Assembly: GCF_001194135.2 (NCBI RefSeq)
Contig: NC_068986.1
Span: 6,760,397 to 6,824,396, forward strand
Source: Octopus bimaculoides
Lineage: Eukaryota
DNA: 64,000 nucleotides
Direction of reading: 5' to 3'
Shown here: positions 13,330 to 25,555 of the stretch, one piece after another
How the letters are laid out: the number at the start of each line of letters is the position of its first letter
Numbering within the stretch: position 1 is the stretch's first letter
Program-made: the position numbers and the translations under genes
Notes under the pieces: model-generated
Told to the model about the DNA's origin: nothing
The model's database searches: none
What the model saw: only the letters and a program-made list of their open reading frames with translations

Positions 13330-13620
13330 CTTGCTGGGTTTGCAGGTGGGCTTCTTGCTAAAATTAGGTTTGTGATCTTTTTAAAGTTATAAAAGCTTTC
13401 CTTTTAGGTAAGCACTCTAACCTATCTTCAATTTTACTTCTTTTAGCAAAGAATTTAGTGTCATCATTAATGCTTTTATAGCTATCTATATTGGCTTTCT
13501 TACATTTAGTGGAGGTACTATTATGTAGATCATTATTGATTTCATACAAGTTATTAGTTTTAGAGTTTTTTTTAAAGTTTCTAATATCAGATTTTTTAGT
13601 TAGACATTAAATTTCGTAAG
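13330..13620 (-). mobile_element. Penelope-like RT fragment
   Basis: KKANIDSYKSIN...IEDRLECLPKRKAFITLK, followed by a region resembling RLINP. Confidence 0.65.
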
Positions 13621-13804
13621 TACTATAACCCTTTCAAGTTTAAGATTGCTTTCAAAAGGGGGCTAAATATTTCCCTGTATGTGGGTATTTATAGGTCTTT
13701 AAGCCATGGGTTTTTTTTTTTGCTAGTGGGTGATACAAGCTTGCCCATCTGTTGTACTACCAGAAGCAAAAAAAAACTTATAGTAGTTTATATTTTAAAT
13801 TTTG

Positions 13805-13960
13805 TCAGAGTGGTTGGCGTTAGGAAGGGCATCCAGCTGTAGAAACTCTGCCAAATCAGATTGGGGCCTGGTATAGCCATCCGGTTTCACCAGTCCTCGG
13901 TCAAATCGTCCAATCCCATGCTAGCATGGTAAGCAGACGTTAAACGATGATGATGATGAT
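13805..13960 (+). mobile_element. RTE 3' tail fragment
   Basis: gagtggttggcgttaggaagggcatccagctgtag...gttaaacgatgatgatg. Confidence 0.85.
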
Positions 13961-14465
13961 TAAATATTTATTTCTCACTGGATGGAGAAGGACTTTTGTT
14001 GTTCTCACTAATAATGGAACAGTACACTACACACAGTTATAATACATTAGTTTAACTGCCAATGAAAGCATTCAAACTAGTTATTAAATGGTTCTATTTA
14101 AGGTGGAGTAGTATATTATCAGTTATCAGTTTCTACCATGGTTTTAAACAGCTCACATAGATTCTATTGTTTCCATTTTTTTGTAATTCTAGTATTAGGA
14201 TGTTGGACACCTGTTTTAGCTATTAGAAAATTGCTGTGTAAATGAATTAGCAAGATGGTTCATGAATAAGATTGATTAAAAATTATTGGAAAGTCCTTTT
14301 TCTTTAGTATTGGGATGTTTGTTTCCACTCTTTAGCTCTGCTAAACAAATTCAAATAAATGGTTACTAAATAACATTTTCAAACTAACAGACATTATTAC
14401 AAGCCTGTTGCATTATGATTCGAGTGATTTTATTTCTGAAAACTTCTTTTTTCTTTAATTTGCAG

Positions 14466-14532
14466 GCAACCTACTTCTTCAGATGATTCCAGAGATATAA
14501 AAGTTGATACATCCTCTGAGTCAGAAATTTAA
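14466..14532 (+). CDS. Terminal coding exon of plus-strand gene: (R)QPTSSDDSRDIKVDTSSESEI*
   Basis: Acceptor tttaatttgcag, phase 2 start matches the preceding exon, TAA at 14530-14532. Confidence 0.75.
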
Positions 14533-15381
14533 AAGAATCACAAGACAATGTTTTTATTAAATTTTATTTAGTTTCATACTTTTTAATGGGAATTTAAATA
14601 CATTACCCACCACCATATTATACACCCCCCTCCAAAAAACAATATATATTGACCATTGTGTAATGCAGATATTTTATATAATCAAATATAAAAGCAGTGT
14701 AAATATTTTTTTTACTCTCTCAATATTTTAAGCAACTTTTCTTTCAAACACTTTCCTAAAACCTGAAAAATATTATATTCAAGGATATTTGGAAGTTTTT
14801 GCTGTGAATTTATATAATTTGAGAACATTTAAAAAAAAAAAATTAAGTCTTCAAACAAAAACATTGAAGTGTGTGTGTATATACACACACACACACACAC
14901 ACAGTTTTTCATGCAATCATATATTACATAACAATGTGAACATTTTTTGATCACATGACACTTGAATTTATTAAATTCTGTGAAACAGTATGTAGACATA
15001 TCTTTATATTTTCATGACAATTTATATTTTTATAACTTCATCTGAAAATAATCATCAAATTCAAAATGCATTAAATTTTCTTTCTAAATATCGGTCCTGG
15101 TTATATTTCCTTTGAAAATACTTGAATGCAATTTTAAAGAATTATAAATTGAAATTTGAATTTCCAGAATCTTAGCTGCAATGTCAATAGATAAAAATGA
15201 TTTTACTACAAAACTCAGTGTTATGTATACTATTTTTCCTCCACCTTCTACCAAATCAAGATAAAAATTAGGGGTGTGTATAAAACAAAGTTGTAAAGTT
15301 TTCCCCCCCACTTTTATTAGGAAAACAATGTACTAAATCTATTTTATTTAATGTTCGTTGTCCATGGTTGAACAAACTATC

Positions 15382-15387
15382 AATAAA
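15382..15387 (+). promoter_or_regulatory. Candidate polyadenylation signal (AATAAA) for the plus-strand gene
   Basis: AATAAA about 850 nt after the stop; the hexamer is common in AT-rich DNA. Confidence 0.3.
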
Positions 15388-15864
15388 TTAAACACTTAAA
15401 AATGGCAACATTCTAGGCTGTGGGTGTATGAAACAATTTTGCTGTGGGTTGCACTTGAGTTTTGTAAGAGAATGTGACATTATCTTGTGACGCTTAAGTA
15501 TTGTAACACCCTTGCATTAACTTTGTTTCGCATTGGACTATTAATGTGACAGAAAAAAAATACATCTATTTTAATGGTCTTTAAATTAATTTGAGCTTCA
15601 TGAAAAACATTAATAGTCTAAAAAATTTTATGCTAGAAAAACAGAACATAGGATTTTGAACAGAGAATTGTAAAAAATAGGACTATTAATTGTAACAGGA
15701 AAAGGATAGTTAAATTCTTGAAATTAGTTTGGTGTATTCTAATAACTTATAATTATAAGACACTGCCTTGTTCAGAACTGGGTGATGTGAGAAATTTCTC
15801 ATGATGGACCTGGTTAAAGGTTTTGCTAATATCAAAGAAAGCAACATTGCTATCAACAACACGT

Positions 15865-16190
15865 AGTACTCCGTCGGTTATGACGACGTGGGTTCCAGTT
15901 GGTGAGATCAATGGAACAGCTTGCTCATGAAATTAACATGCGAGTGGCTGAGCACACCACAGACATGTGTACCTTTAACTTAGTTCTCCGGGAGATTCAG
16001 TGTATGACAAGGCTGATCCTTCGAAATACAAGTACGAGAGAAAGTTGTGAAAGAGTACAAGCAGGGTTCACCACCACCCTCTGCTGGAGTGTCATGGAGA
16101 TTTAGGTGTTTTCACTCAATAAACAAAGCCCAGTCTGGAAATCGAAACTGCGATCCTGCTGCCTTAACCACTGGACCATTGCACCTCCAC
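15865..16190 (-). mobile_element. tRNA-derived SINE in the intergenic gap
   Basis: Minus strand begins gtggaggtgcaatggtccagtggttaagg (A box), followed by a degenerate B box. Confidence 0.6.
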
Positions 16191-16801
16191 TTTTCAACAA
16201 CAACATGAAACATTAAGAGAGCAAGTCTCTGTTGGTCTTTGGGAAGAGACTTAAAGTAATTAGTCATTTCCCCCCATACCTTGGGGCTGATTCATGTAGA
16301 AAGGAAAACATTGAAATGGTAAGAACAAACTAGAAATGGTGATCAGAATCTGTTGTTTTGTTGGGTTGGAGTGATGTTTCTATACCTTATATGTTGACAT
16401 TTGAGACAAGTTTGTAGAGGAGTTGGCGTTGTATATGGCCAGCATAATAAATACCGAAAAATTTAACGACTCAGTAATTAAATTTTAAAAGCAGCTACAA
16501 TACTTAGGGCCAGCCCATTACCATGCTTTTGCTATTCATTTAGTCACAAGCAACTATTAACTCTCTCAAGGCTCCCGTTTTTTGACCCAGAGGAACATCC
16601 AGGAGGTGGCAGCCAAAAAAGGAGAACCATACCAGTATGAAACTGATACTTCATTTCCAGTTGTAATATACTGGAGCAACGTGAAGTGCCTTGTTCAAGG
16701 ATACACTGCCTAGTTGAGCAACTGAACCCACATCATTATGATCATGAGCCAAAGAGCTTAATCACTAGGCCATATGCCTTCGACTAAAATACTACCCCAT
16801 G

Positions 16802-16807
16802 TTTATT
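16802..16807 (-). promoter_or_regulatory. Candidate polyadenylation signal (AATAAA) for the TCTN2-like gene
   Basis: AATAAA on the minus strand 40 nt after the stop. Confidence 0.35.
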
Positions 16808-16847
16808 AGTGTCAACAAAAAAGTCTTTTACTGAGCTTTTATGAATT

Positions 16848-17028
16848 TTAGAAGTCTAATAGAAACCAAGATTGTGTTATGGTAATGAGTGAAATGAAGA
16901 GAAACGTAAGATATGTGACCAAATTATAAGCATACTCATCAAATGTTTTTTGAATCGTTAAAGGATAGAGGATTTCTTGCCAACAGCTGTTCATCCAGCA
17001 CTGTTTTATTTTGTAGAAATCATAATTC
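16848..17028 (-). CDS. TCTN2: TCTN2-like terminal coding exon: (R)NYDFYKIKQCWMNSCWQEILYPLTIQKTFDEYAYNLVTYLTFLFISLITITQSWFLLDF*
   Basis: Acceptor tatactttcag, phase 2 start, TAA at 16850-16848; C-terminal hydrophobic (TM/GPI-like) stretch. Confidence 0.88.
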
Positions 17029-17753
17029 CTGAAAGTATAAAGAAAGACTTTGGAACACACAAACATATATATATATTTGTAATATATGAAAAAATAAGTT
17101 TTTTGTTAGCAAATACAAATCATCATTGTCATTTAATGTCTGTTCTCAATGCTGGCATGTGTTGGGCAGTTTGACAGATCACCAGGATATCATTGTTACA
17201 CCAACAATTCAACTCTAAACATACAAAATTCACTATGCATTTACAATGTAAGAAAGGCTGTAATTATATGAAAAAATATATGTAAGATAGAGTTACCACA
17301 AAAAAATTTATTGTTTGGATTTTTATTATATTTCTCTTGATTACTTACAGAGAATAGAGTAATAATCCAGACAGGTGTGTTGTCTGTGGTTCAATATACT
17401 TCTCTCGTTTACTCACAAAGAAGAAAACACAGTGGTACTCCAGATAGGTATGAAGTCGGTTTATTCCAACTGTAATACTCAAGACTGTAATAATAACATA
17501 AACAAAAATTGAGACGCCTTGTGAATGTTCTTGCAAGTTCCAGAACTTTGAATTATATTGGTTAACTATCTCCACAATAATTTCCTACACAGTACCTGGC
17601 TGTGATGTAAAGTGATAGTCAATGCCAGATGGGGAGCTTATTGTGAAAGCTGCAAGATTCTCTGAATCCATATTTCATTTTATTCTTTCACACACACATA
17701 CATATTAAATAAAAATGCAAGGCACCTTCCTTAGCAAGTTGTTACTGGCTTAC

Positions 17754-17921
17754 CTTATTGTTGGTTTAGGTGGTACCGGTGGAACATGAATAAAATTAAC
17801 TGCAACAGACAGGGTAAACAGTTGGGAATCTTCTTTGGTTTCTGCTTTGATATTTGGTTTGATAAAACAGGACACTAAATGCAAGTCATTGCAATGAAAT
17901 GTCCAGTTGTTATAAGAATAA
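17754..17921 (-). CDS. TCTN2: TCTN2-like exon: (S)YSYNNWTFHCNDLHLVSCFIKPNIKAETKEDSQLFTLSVAVNFIHVPPVPPKPTI(R)
   Basis: Acceptor tttttctcctag, donor gtaagc, phase 2 to 2, 168 nt; resembles the tectonic SxSVxF motif. Confidence 0.88.
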
Positions 17922-18550
17922 CTAGGAGAAAAATGAGAAAACGTTTATATCAATTTACATTTATTGTTAATTGATGATGTTTAATAATGCAGATACATCT
18001 TTATACAAGCCACTCTAAAAGTGGTTTTAAAATATGAATTGGAAGCCAATAAGTTTAGTAATGAATTTAGTGTGATCAAAGTTCAGGCCTCAGTTCCCAC
18101 CTATAGGGCATCAAAAAGGAGTTCAAGGCCAGCTGTCCATCAGAACTGTGATTATCTAGCTCTGAATAGATGAATCTACAGTAGAATTAAAGATGTGCAA
18201 ACAGAACCTAGAATTGCGAGGCCCCAAACTAAAATTTAGTGAAGATAAAGTTGTAAGGAAGTAGAAAAGAAGACAGGACTGTGGCGCTGTCAAGAAAATG
18301 GCCTTGTTTGGTATCCAGAAAAAGAGTAGCTAGGAACTTAATGTATGCGTAGAAACACACAAGAGATGTGGAATCACAGACAAATTAAAAGAAATCAGGC
18401 TTCTCACGTGGCAGATGCCTTGGGGCAGTATGCACTAAGAGCATACTGGAAATAGACTCTTAAACGTCTGGCTAACTCACTTGAAGTAGTCATAAACTTT
18501 TGTTACCTAAGGTGGCATAATAAGCAGAGGTGGTGGTTCTACTGAAAATA

Positions 18551-19430
18551 TTAGGTTGTTTCACATGAAATGCCATATTTGAAAGGTAACAATAAAATGT
18601 TTTAGAAGTGTTAGAGAACTGATTTATTTAATCAAAGTATGATCCGTGTTCATTTATGACTTTTACCCAACGTTTCTGTAAGTCATATATTCCATCTTTA
18701 AAAAAACAAATTAATCTTTCGCTGTGATAAACTGTCTGAATGCTTCAGTTACCTATTCTCTATTTAAAAATGTTTTATTGCCTATGTAAAGCTCAAAATG
18801 CTTAAATAAGTGATGATCAAAATGAGAGATATCAGGGGAATAGTGAGGATGTTGCAAAATCTCATCATTCAGGCTTTGCTACTTTTGGACCATAGCTTGA
18901 AGTGTGTGAGGATGTGCATTGTCGTGGAGTACAATTGGACCATCTCTATTCACTAGTCTGGGTTGCTTCTTTTTCAAATTCTCATGAAAAAAATATATTT
19001 CCTGGCAATACGATGTTGCTGTTACTGTTTTTCCTTGTTGCAAAAATGAATAATGAATAGTTCCCTTCGCCAATCACCATACAGTGACCACTAACTTTTT
19101 GGGGTGCAATGGTGGGTTTGGGTAGTGTTTAGGTGATTCTCACTGTCCTGTTCTCCTGCTGTTGTCAGAGAGTATCCATTTCTCCTCACAAGTAACGGTT
19201 TGATGCAAAAATGGTCTTTTTCCAGTTGAGAAAGCAATAAGGAGCACACTTCGAGGCGTCTGTTTTTTTGAATCTCGTTCAGTTGATGTGGATCAAACCT
19301 ATCCGTTTTCTTGACTTTTCCAATTTTTCACAGGTGTCCAAAAACAGTTGTGCAATGTGTTTGGAGTTTTGATGAAAGTTTTTGAACCTTTGTTCTCGGA
19401 TTTTGTTCATTTTGTTCATGGAAAATGGAC
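18551..19430 (-). mobile_element. Mariner element remnant with 3' TIR
   Basis: TA|TTAGGTTG at 18549; GIYDLQKRWVKVINEHGSYFD C-terminus; KGTIHYSFL..GKTVTATSYCQ...IVLHDNAHPH. Confidence 0.85.
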
Positions 19431-20117
19431 ATTAAACGGTGATGATGATGATAATGAATTCTAGGTCTCAGACTTCAATGGTTCATAAACTTTGAAAGAA
19501 ATTTCAATGAATATGATTTTTGATCATAAAGATTCAACAGCTAACTTCACTGTATTTACATTGAATCTCCTTATCAGGTTTCTGCCTGTGTAGTTGACAG
19601 AATACTAAACCATAAAGAAGCAGGCATTGAAATAATACTCGACCCTTTAAGAACTATTGTAGCAGCATTTAGGACAACTATTCAACACAAAGTTCCCAAA
19701 AGATAAATCTGCCATCAAAGTTATTTTTAATAATATTTCATTTCTTATGGCTACAGGAAACATTTTCCCCAAGATTCTCCCATTTTAGTCTCACCACATT
19801 GATAATAAACTCATTATTTATCTTTTATTGGATATATTTTTTTTTTTATTAACTCATTATTTTTCTTCTTTTATTGGATATATTTAGATTTTTCTATATA
19901 TTTAGATTTTTGCTCTAATGTTAAACATTAGAGCAAGAGAACAAAGAAATATCTAGTTTTAAATGAAGTTGAAGTAGTAAGGGATATCCTACCTAGGTAG
20001 TGGGACTTATCTATATTTAACAGCAAACAACAATTCTAGTACATTTAAAGTTTTGTGTAATTCACTGAACTGTAAAAGTTGAATTGATTAAATATAATGG
20101 AAAAATTTGACCTTTAC

Positions 20118-20363
20118 CTAATTTTTGCTCCAATAATTTCGTTGATCACTATGCCATGAACATAACCAGTATGAGCATACATTATGCTCAGTTTAATACC
20201 AACTGGCATTAAATCACAAGAACTAGCTTGAATCTTTGATGCAGCATTTAATGTTACTGGCATTAAAATGTGGTGAAAAATATTGGTTTGGTTAGAATTA
20301 TTATTGATATTTCTAGAATTACTACTGTTTGATGTATCAGGAAATATTTCAGAGATATTTGGC
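20118..20363 (-). CDS. TCTN2: TCTN2-like exon: (R)PNISEIFPD...CDLMPVGIKLSIMYAHTGYVHGIVINEIIGAKI(S)
   Basis: Acceptor ttctgttgcag, donor gtaaag, phase 2 to 2, 246 nt; lies within ORF 20114..20428. Confidence 0.87.
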
Positions 20364-20655
20364 CTGCAACAGAAAAAAATACTCTTATTGGTCATATATA
20401 GAAAGAAATTAGAATGTTTCCTCAGCAAGATAAAATTACAGCAATTTTCTGTTACAATTTTATAGCTATTGTTTCCAAAGTGTTATAGTAACTTAGATAT
20501 AAGCCTGTTAAATAAAATTGAACTTGCTTAACCAAAGGTCCACATGTACAAGTTTTAGAGTCACAACATAGAGAATTGTCACAAAGATGTTCCGTATTAT
20601 TAAAAATCATACATAAATATTATTAAGAAATAGATGCACACAAGCATTATTATTA

Positions 20656-21700
20656 CTAGCAGAAAGACTGACCTCCGGGTGGTTTTCTGCTAGCCACTCA
20701 ATATTTTCACATTTGATTCCCAATTCTAATAATTTTTATGATATTTTACGCCTAATTATTTCTTTGTATAATAGTGCTCACTTGCTTAGTAAATAACGCT
20801 TTTATTATTTTATCAGTCATAATCTCTCTTTTTTAAAGAGTCAGTCTGTTATATATATATATATTTACCATTAATAATTGGTAGAACTTAAATAGCTAGC
20901 TAGATAGATAAATAGATGGATGGATGGATGGATAGATACACACACACACACACACACACAAAAGTCTGGTGCTATGAGAATACATGGGAATGAGGTTTCC
21001 TTACTTTTTCAAATATACCCAAATTTAAAATCATCTAATATAATGATATTCATTCGGCATGTGTTGAAATATGCCAAAACAATTTAATCCCACACAAATA
21101 TATATTACTTTACACATAGTTTATCTGTTAATTTTATTTACTGAAACTTGCTTAAAAGCATATTTTGCTTTAAAGTAGTATCTCCTTGTAGGAACAATTG
21201 TCAGTTGTTCCATACTGTTTCCATTTCTCTCAGCCAATATTTTTACATTAGCCTTTTTTTCGAACTCTAGATAATGCAACATACAGCTGACCCTGTGAGA
21301 AGAATTGTGTCAGAAGATCTATTCCAATTTGTTCAAATGTCAGTCCCTGTGCCTTGTTGCATGCACGTCAAGGCAAAAGCTGGCTTGACAGGAAATTGTT
21401 TGCATGTAAATGTAAATGGAAATTCCATTTCTTGAGATACATGTGGTATTCTTGGGATTAGCAGAGTTGATCCTGCATAAGGACCAGAAGCAACCTCAGC
21501 TTTAATAACATGATCATGTAAACTGACAAAGATGTAGTGTGTGCTACTGCAATGTCCATTAGTAGCATCTAAATTTCTCAGAAGCATTATGCATCATTTT
21601 TTCTTCATTTTGAGAATGTAGTGGAAACCCTGATGGTGTAAGTTTGTTGATGAACTTGATTGTTCTAAAGTAAAAATATCTGTTCATTGAAAGGAAACTA
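20656..21700 (-). mobile_element. Helitron 3' remnant: PIF1-like helicase C-terminal fragment plus terminal hairpin/CTAG
   Basis: FINKLTPSGFP (frameshift) IMLLRNLDATNG...LLIPRIP...FPFTF..KQFPVKPAFALT; CTAG|T terminus at 20656. Confidence 0.88.
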
Positions 21701-21738
21701 ATGACAGCCCTGAACAAAATATTGTAAACAGAACTTAC

Positions 21739-21843
21739 CTAAGTATTTTAATCCAGTGGGATTCAATACTTCCATCGTTATGTTGAAAACGTCCAATTCT
21801 ATCAGCTGGTATCAGCCGGTTCAGCAAATATAAAACTTCTTTT
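21739..21843 (-). CDS. TCTN2: TCTN2-like exon: (R)KEVLYLLNRLIPADRIGRFQHNDGSIESHWIKIL(R)
   Basis: Acceptor tttattag, donor gtaagt, phase 2 to 2, 105 nt; tectonic WxxI motif. Confidence 0.87.
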
Positions 21844-22119
21844 CTAATAAATAGAATATGTAAAATGAGAACCTGTGCAATTATTTTTCAGGAAGTAAAA
21901 TTCCTCAATGTCTGTTGTCTTAATATTCATTCCAGCAGGAAATTAAGAAACAAAAAAAAAAACTATTTTTATTCTGTGGAAACTGACATATTCCATCATC
22001 ATCATTGTTTGGGAGATAAAACATTTGTGGGTAATGGAAAAGTTTGAAGTGGTCCCAGTTATTATTGGGGTGCTTCGTACTGTGAGCACTAGAACTGAAA
22101 ACTATTAAAAAAACTTGGG

Positions 22120-23450
22120 AACAACATCAGGATGAGGCATTAGAATGGATGGTTTGACTGAGGAATGGAAAGCCAGAAGGCTGCACCAGGCTCCAATCTG
22201 ATCTGGCAAGATTTCTACAGCTAGATGCCCTTCCTAAAGCCAACCACTCCAAGAGTGTAGTGGGTGCTTTTTACATGCTGCTGGCACGGAAGCCAGTCAA
22301 GCATTGACCATGCTTGAATGGTGCTTTTTTTAGGTGCCAGTCGGGCAGCACTAGCACGAGCCATGACTATGATTGGTGCTTTTTATGTGCCACCGACATG
22401 GGAGCCAGTCAGACGGCACTAGCACAGGTCATGCTCGAATGGTTCTTTTTACATGCCACTGGTATGGATGCCAGTCAGGCGGTACCAGCATTCGCCATAA
22501 TTACGATTTCACTTGACTCAACAGGTCTTCTCAAGCACAGCATATTGCCTGATGATTGAAGGGTACTTTTAAATGGGCCAGTTATGTGACCCTGCCATTG
22601 GCCACAGCTGTGATCTTGACTTGCCAGGTTTTCTCAATCACAGCATATCTCCAAAGGTCTCGGTTGCTTGTCATTGCCTCCCTGAGGCCCAACATTTGAA
22701 GGTTATGCTTCACCACCTCATCCCAGGTCTTCCTGGGTCTACCTCTTCAACAGGTTCCCTCCACTGTTAGGGTTTGACACTTCTTCATATAGCTGTCCTC
22801 ATCCATATGCAACACATGACCATACCAGCACAGCCATCTTACTTGCACACCACATCTGATGCTTCTTAGGGCCAACTTTTCTCTCAGGTCGTTTACACTC
22901 TGTCGAGTCAGCAGAGTGAATTTAGTGCTTTTTATGTGGCACAAGCACAAGTGAGGTCAGTTTTGGCAAGGCTTTTACAGCTGGATGCCCTTCCGAAAAC
23001 ACCAACCACTTTACAGTGTGGACTGAATGCTTTTTAAGTGGCACCTGCACTGACAAGGTCATCAAGTAACTTGCAAGACAAATATCTTTTGAGAGGGGAT
23101 GGGGCCTTGGTGGAGGTGATCTTGTGTCAGATGGTGAGAGGTTATAGTAAGACAAAAACAGGTGTCATCGTGTAGGAGAGGTACAAGGTTACCTGGTCAG
23201 AGAGAGAGAGAGAGAGAGATCAGGAATGAGGACAGGTGTGCTGCTGTAAAGAAGATACATGGTTGCCCAATCAGAAGGAAGTGCAGGAGAGAGAGAGAGA
23301 GAGAGAGTGGGATACAGCAGGATAGAGATGATGCTGGACACACTCACAAGGGACAGGGATCAGAACATAAATAGGTTGATCAAGTAAAGGCAGAGAGAGA
23401 GAGATAAATGGTGGCAAGTGTCAGGGTAGACTCTTGAGGTTTGAATGTTA
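22120..23450 (-). mobile_element. RTE LINE 3' fragments
   Basis: LREKLALRSIRCGVQ..LCWYGHVLHMDEDS plus the family 3' UTR. Confidence 0.8.
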
Positions 23451-23613
23451 TATGAAAACCAAGTACATTTCATTATGAAATTAGCTACGTTAAGTTATTT
23501 CTTCCTTTATATTTTTAATCATTTATGAATGCAAATAATAAAACAAATGAGGTGTTCAATTATTTTGAACAAAAAATAAAAATGAATTTCATATGGTTTT
23601 GTTTACTTCTCAC

Positions 23614-23725
23614 CTTAATGTTTCACAATTATCAACTTGTTTCAAAGGAATAAAACAACTGGAATAAATATCTTCACCAAACATAATCTGTCTCTTGCCG
23701 GCAAGAGCACAAAAGCCAGAAGGAT
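23614..23725 (-). CDS. TCTN2: TCTN2-like exon: (D)PSGFCALAGKRQIMFGEDIYSSCFIPLKQVDNCETL(R)
   Basis: Acceptor ttattctag, donor gtgaga, phase 1 to 2, 112 nt; matches the tectonic C..I.FGE...SGC motif. Confidence 0.9.
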
Positions 23726-23909
23726 CTAGAATAATCAAAACAAAGGTTCAGGTATCATTAAAAGTTAAATTTATAATCTTTTAACAATGAAATAAAATAT
23801 CTCTGGAAATTATAAATGAATACAGAAAACAAAATAAACAATTAGAGGGGAACATTTCATACAATTTGGATTAAACCAGTCATCAATGAGTTTTCTATTT
23901 ACATCACAA

Positions 23910-25555
23910 ACCATCATTATTGTTTAATGTCCATTTTCCATGCTGTCATGGGTTGCATGGTTTGACAGGAGCTGGTCAGCTGTCCAGACTCCAATTGTCT
24001 GTTTTGGCATGGTTTCTATGGCTCAAATGGCCACCCATTTCACAGTGTGTGTGTGCTGGGGTGCCTTTTATGTGCCACTGGTGCAGGTGTGAACACCAGC
24101 ATGAGTGCACTTTACCTGGCACTGCCACCTGCAAAGGACAAGCAGGTCTGTCTGTGTGTCTGGATGGCTGCAATTTTACTTAGCTTGGTGTGTCTTCGCA
24201 AGCACAGCTAATTTCCACAACACCTGGTCCCTTGTCATCTCCCCATGAGGCCCAGCATCTAAAGATCCTTTCTCACCACTTTGTCCTACATCTTCCTGAG
24301 TCTACCCCTTCCACAGGTTCCCTCTACAATTAGAGTTTGGCACTTCATTAAGCAACTGTCTTCACCCATAAACATCACATGACCATACCAGCTTACTTTT
24401 ACACAAGTCTAAACTGACATATCTGACATAGATCACTCTGTATTATCATCACCATCGTTTAACATCCGTTTTCCATGCTGGTATGGAACAGTTTGATTGA
24501 GGTTTGGAGAGCCAGCGGCTGCACCGGGCTCCAATCTGATCTGGCAATGTTTCTACAGCTGGATGACCTTCGTAACACCAACCACGAGAGTGTAGTGGGT
24601 ACTTTTTATGTGCCATCAGCACAGGAGCCAGTCAGGCGACCCTGGTATCAGTCACGTTCGGATAGTGCTTTTTTTAGTGCCACCGGCATGGGAGCCAGTC
24701 GGGGGTACTGGCATCAGTCACATTCAGATGGTGCTTTTTACATACCACCGGGATGGGAGCCAATCAGTGGGTACTGGCATTGACCACGTTCTGTATGTAT
24801 AAATTATATCGATTTGTGAAGCTAGCATGCTCTGCTGGATGTTTAATGTCAGTGTGCATACACAGGGTGTAAGCGCCCTGAGAGAAAAGTTGGACATTAG
24901 AAGCATCAGATGTGGTGTGCAAGAGAGACGACTGTACTGGTATGGTCATGTGCTGCATATGGATGAGGACAGCAGTGTGAAGGAGTTACACCCTAACAGT
25001 GGAGGGAACCTGCAAAAGAGGTTGACACAGGAAGACATGAGATGAGGTGGTGAAGCATGACCTTTGAATGTTGGGCCTCACAGAGGCAATGACAAGTGAC
25101 CAAGACCTTTAGAGATACGATGTCATTGAGAAAATTCGGCAAGCCAAGTGAGATCGTAGCCATAGCTGATGCCAGTGTTGCATAACTGGTCCATTTAAAA
25201 TACCCTTCAATCATCAGGCAATATGCCATGCGTGAGAAAACCTCTTGCGGCCAGTGAAATCGTAGTTGTGGCTGATGCCAGTGCTACCTGACTGGCATCC
25301 ATACTAGTGGCACATAAAAAGTACCATTCGAGTGTGGTTGATGCCAGTGCCACCTGACTGGCCCCTGTACTAGCGGCCCATAAAAAGCACCCACTACACT
25401 CTCAGAGTGGTTGGCATTAGGAAGGGCATCCAGCTGTAGAAACCTTGCCAGATAAGATTGGAACGTGGTGCAGCCTCCTAGCTTGCCAGTCCTCAGTCAA
25501 ACAATCCAACCCATGCCAGCATGGAAAGTAGACGTTAAATGATGATGATGATCCC
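23910..25555. mobile_element. RTE LINE 3' fragments in opposite orientations
   Basis: Minus-strand tails at ~23910 and ~24445; plus-strand ORF2 end at 24830-25130 with tail ending at 25553. Confidence 0.8.

Noticed and set aside
22250-24790. Regularly spaced repeats resembling a CRISPR array
   Set aside because: The units are degenerate tandem parts of an RTE 3' UTR with no unique spacers and no cas genes, in a eukaryotic context.
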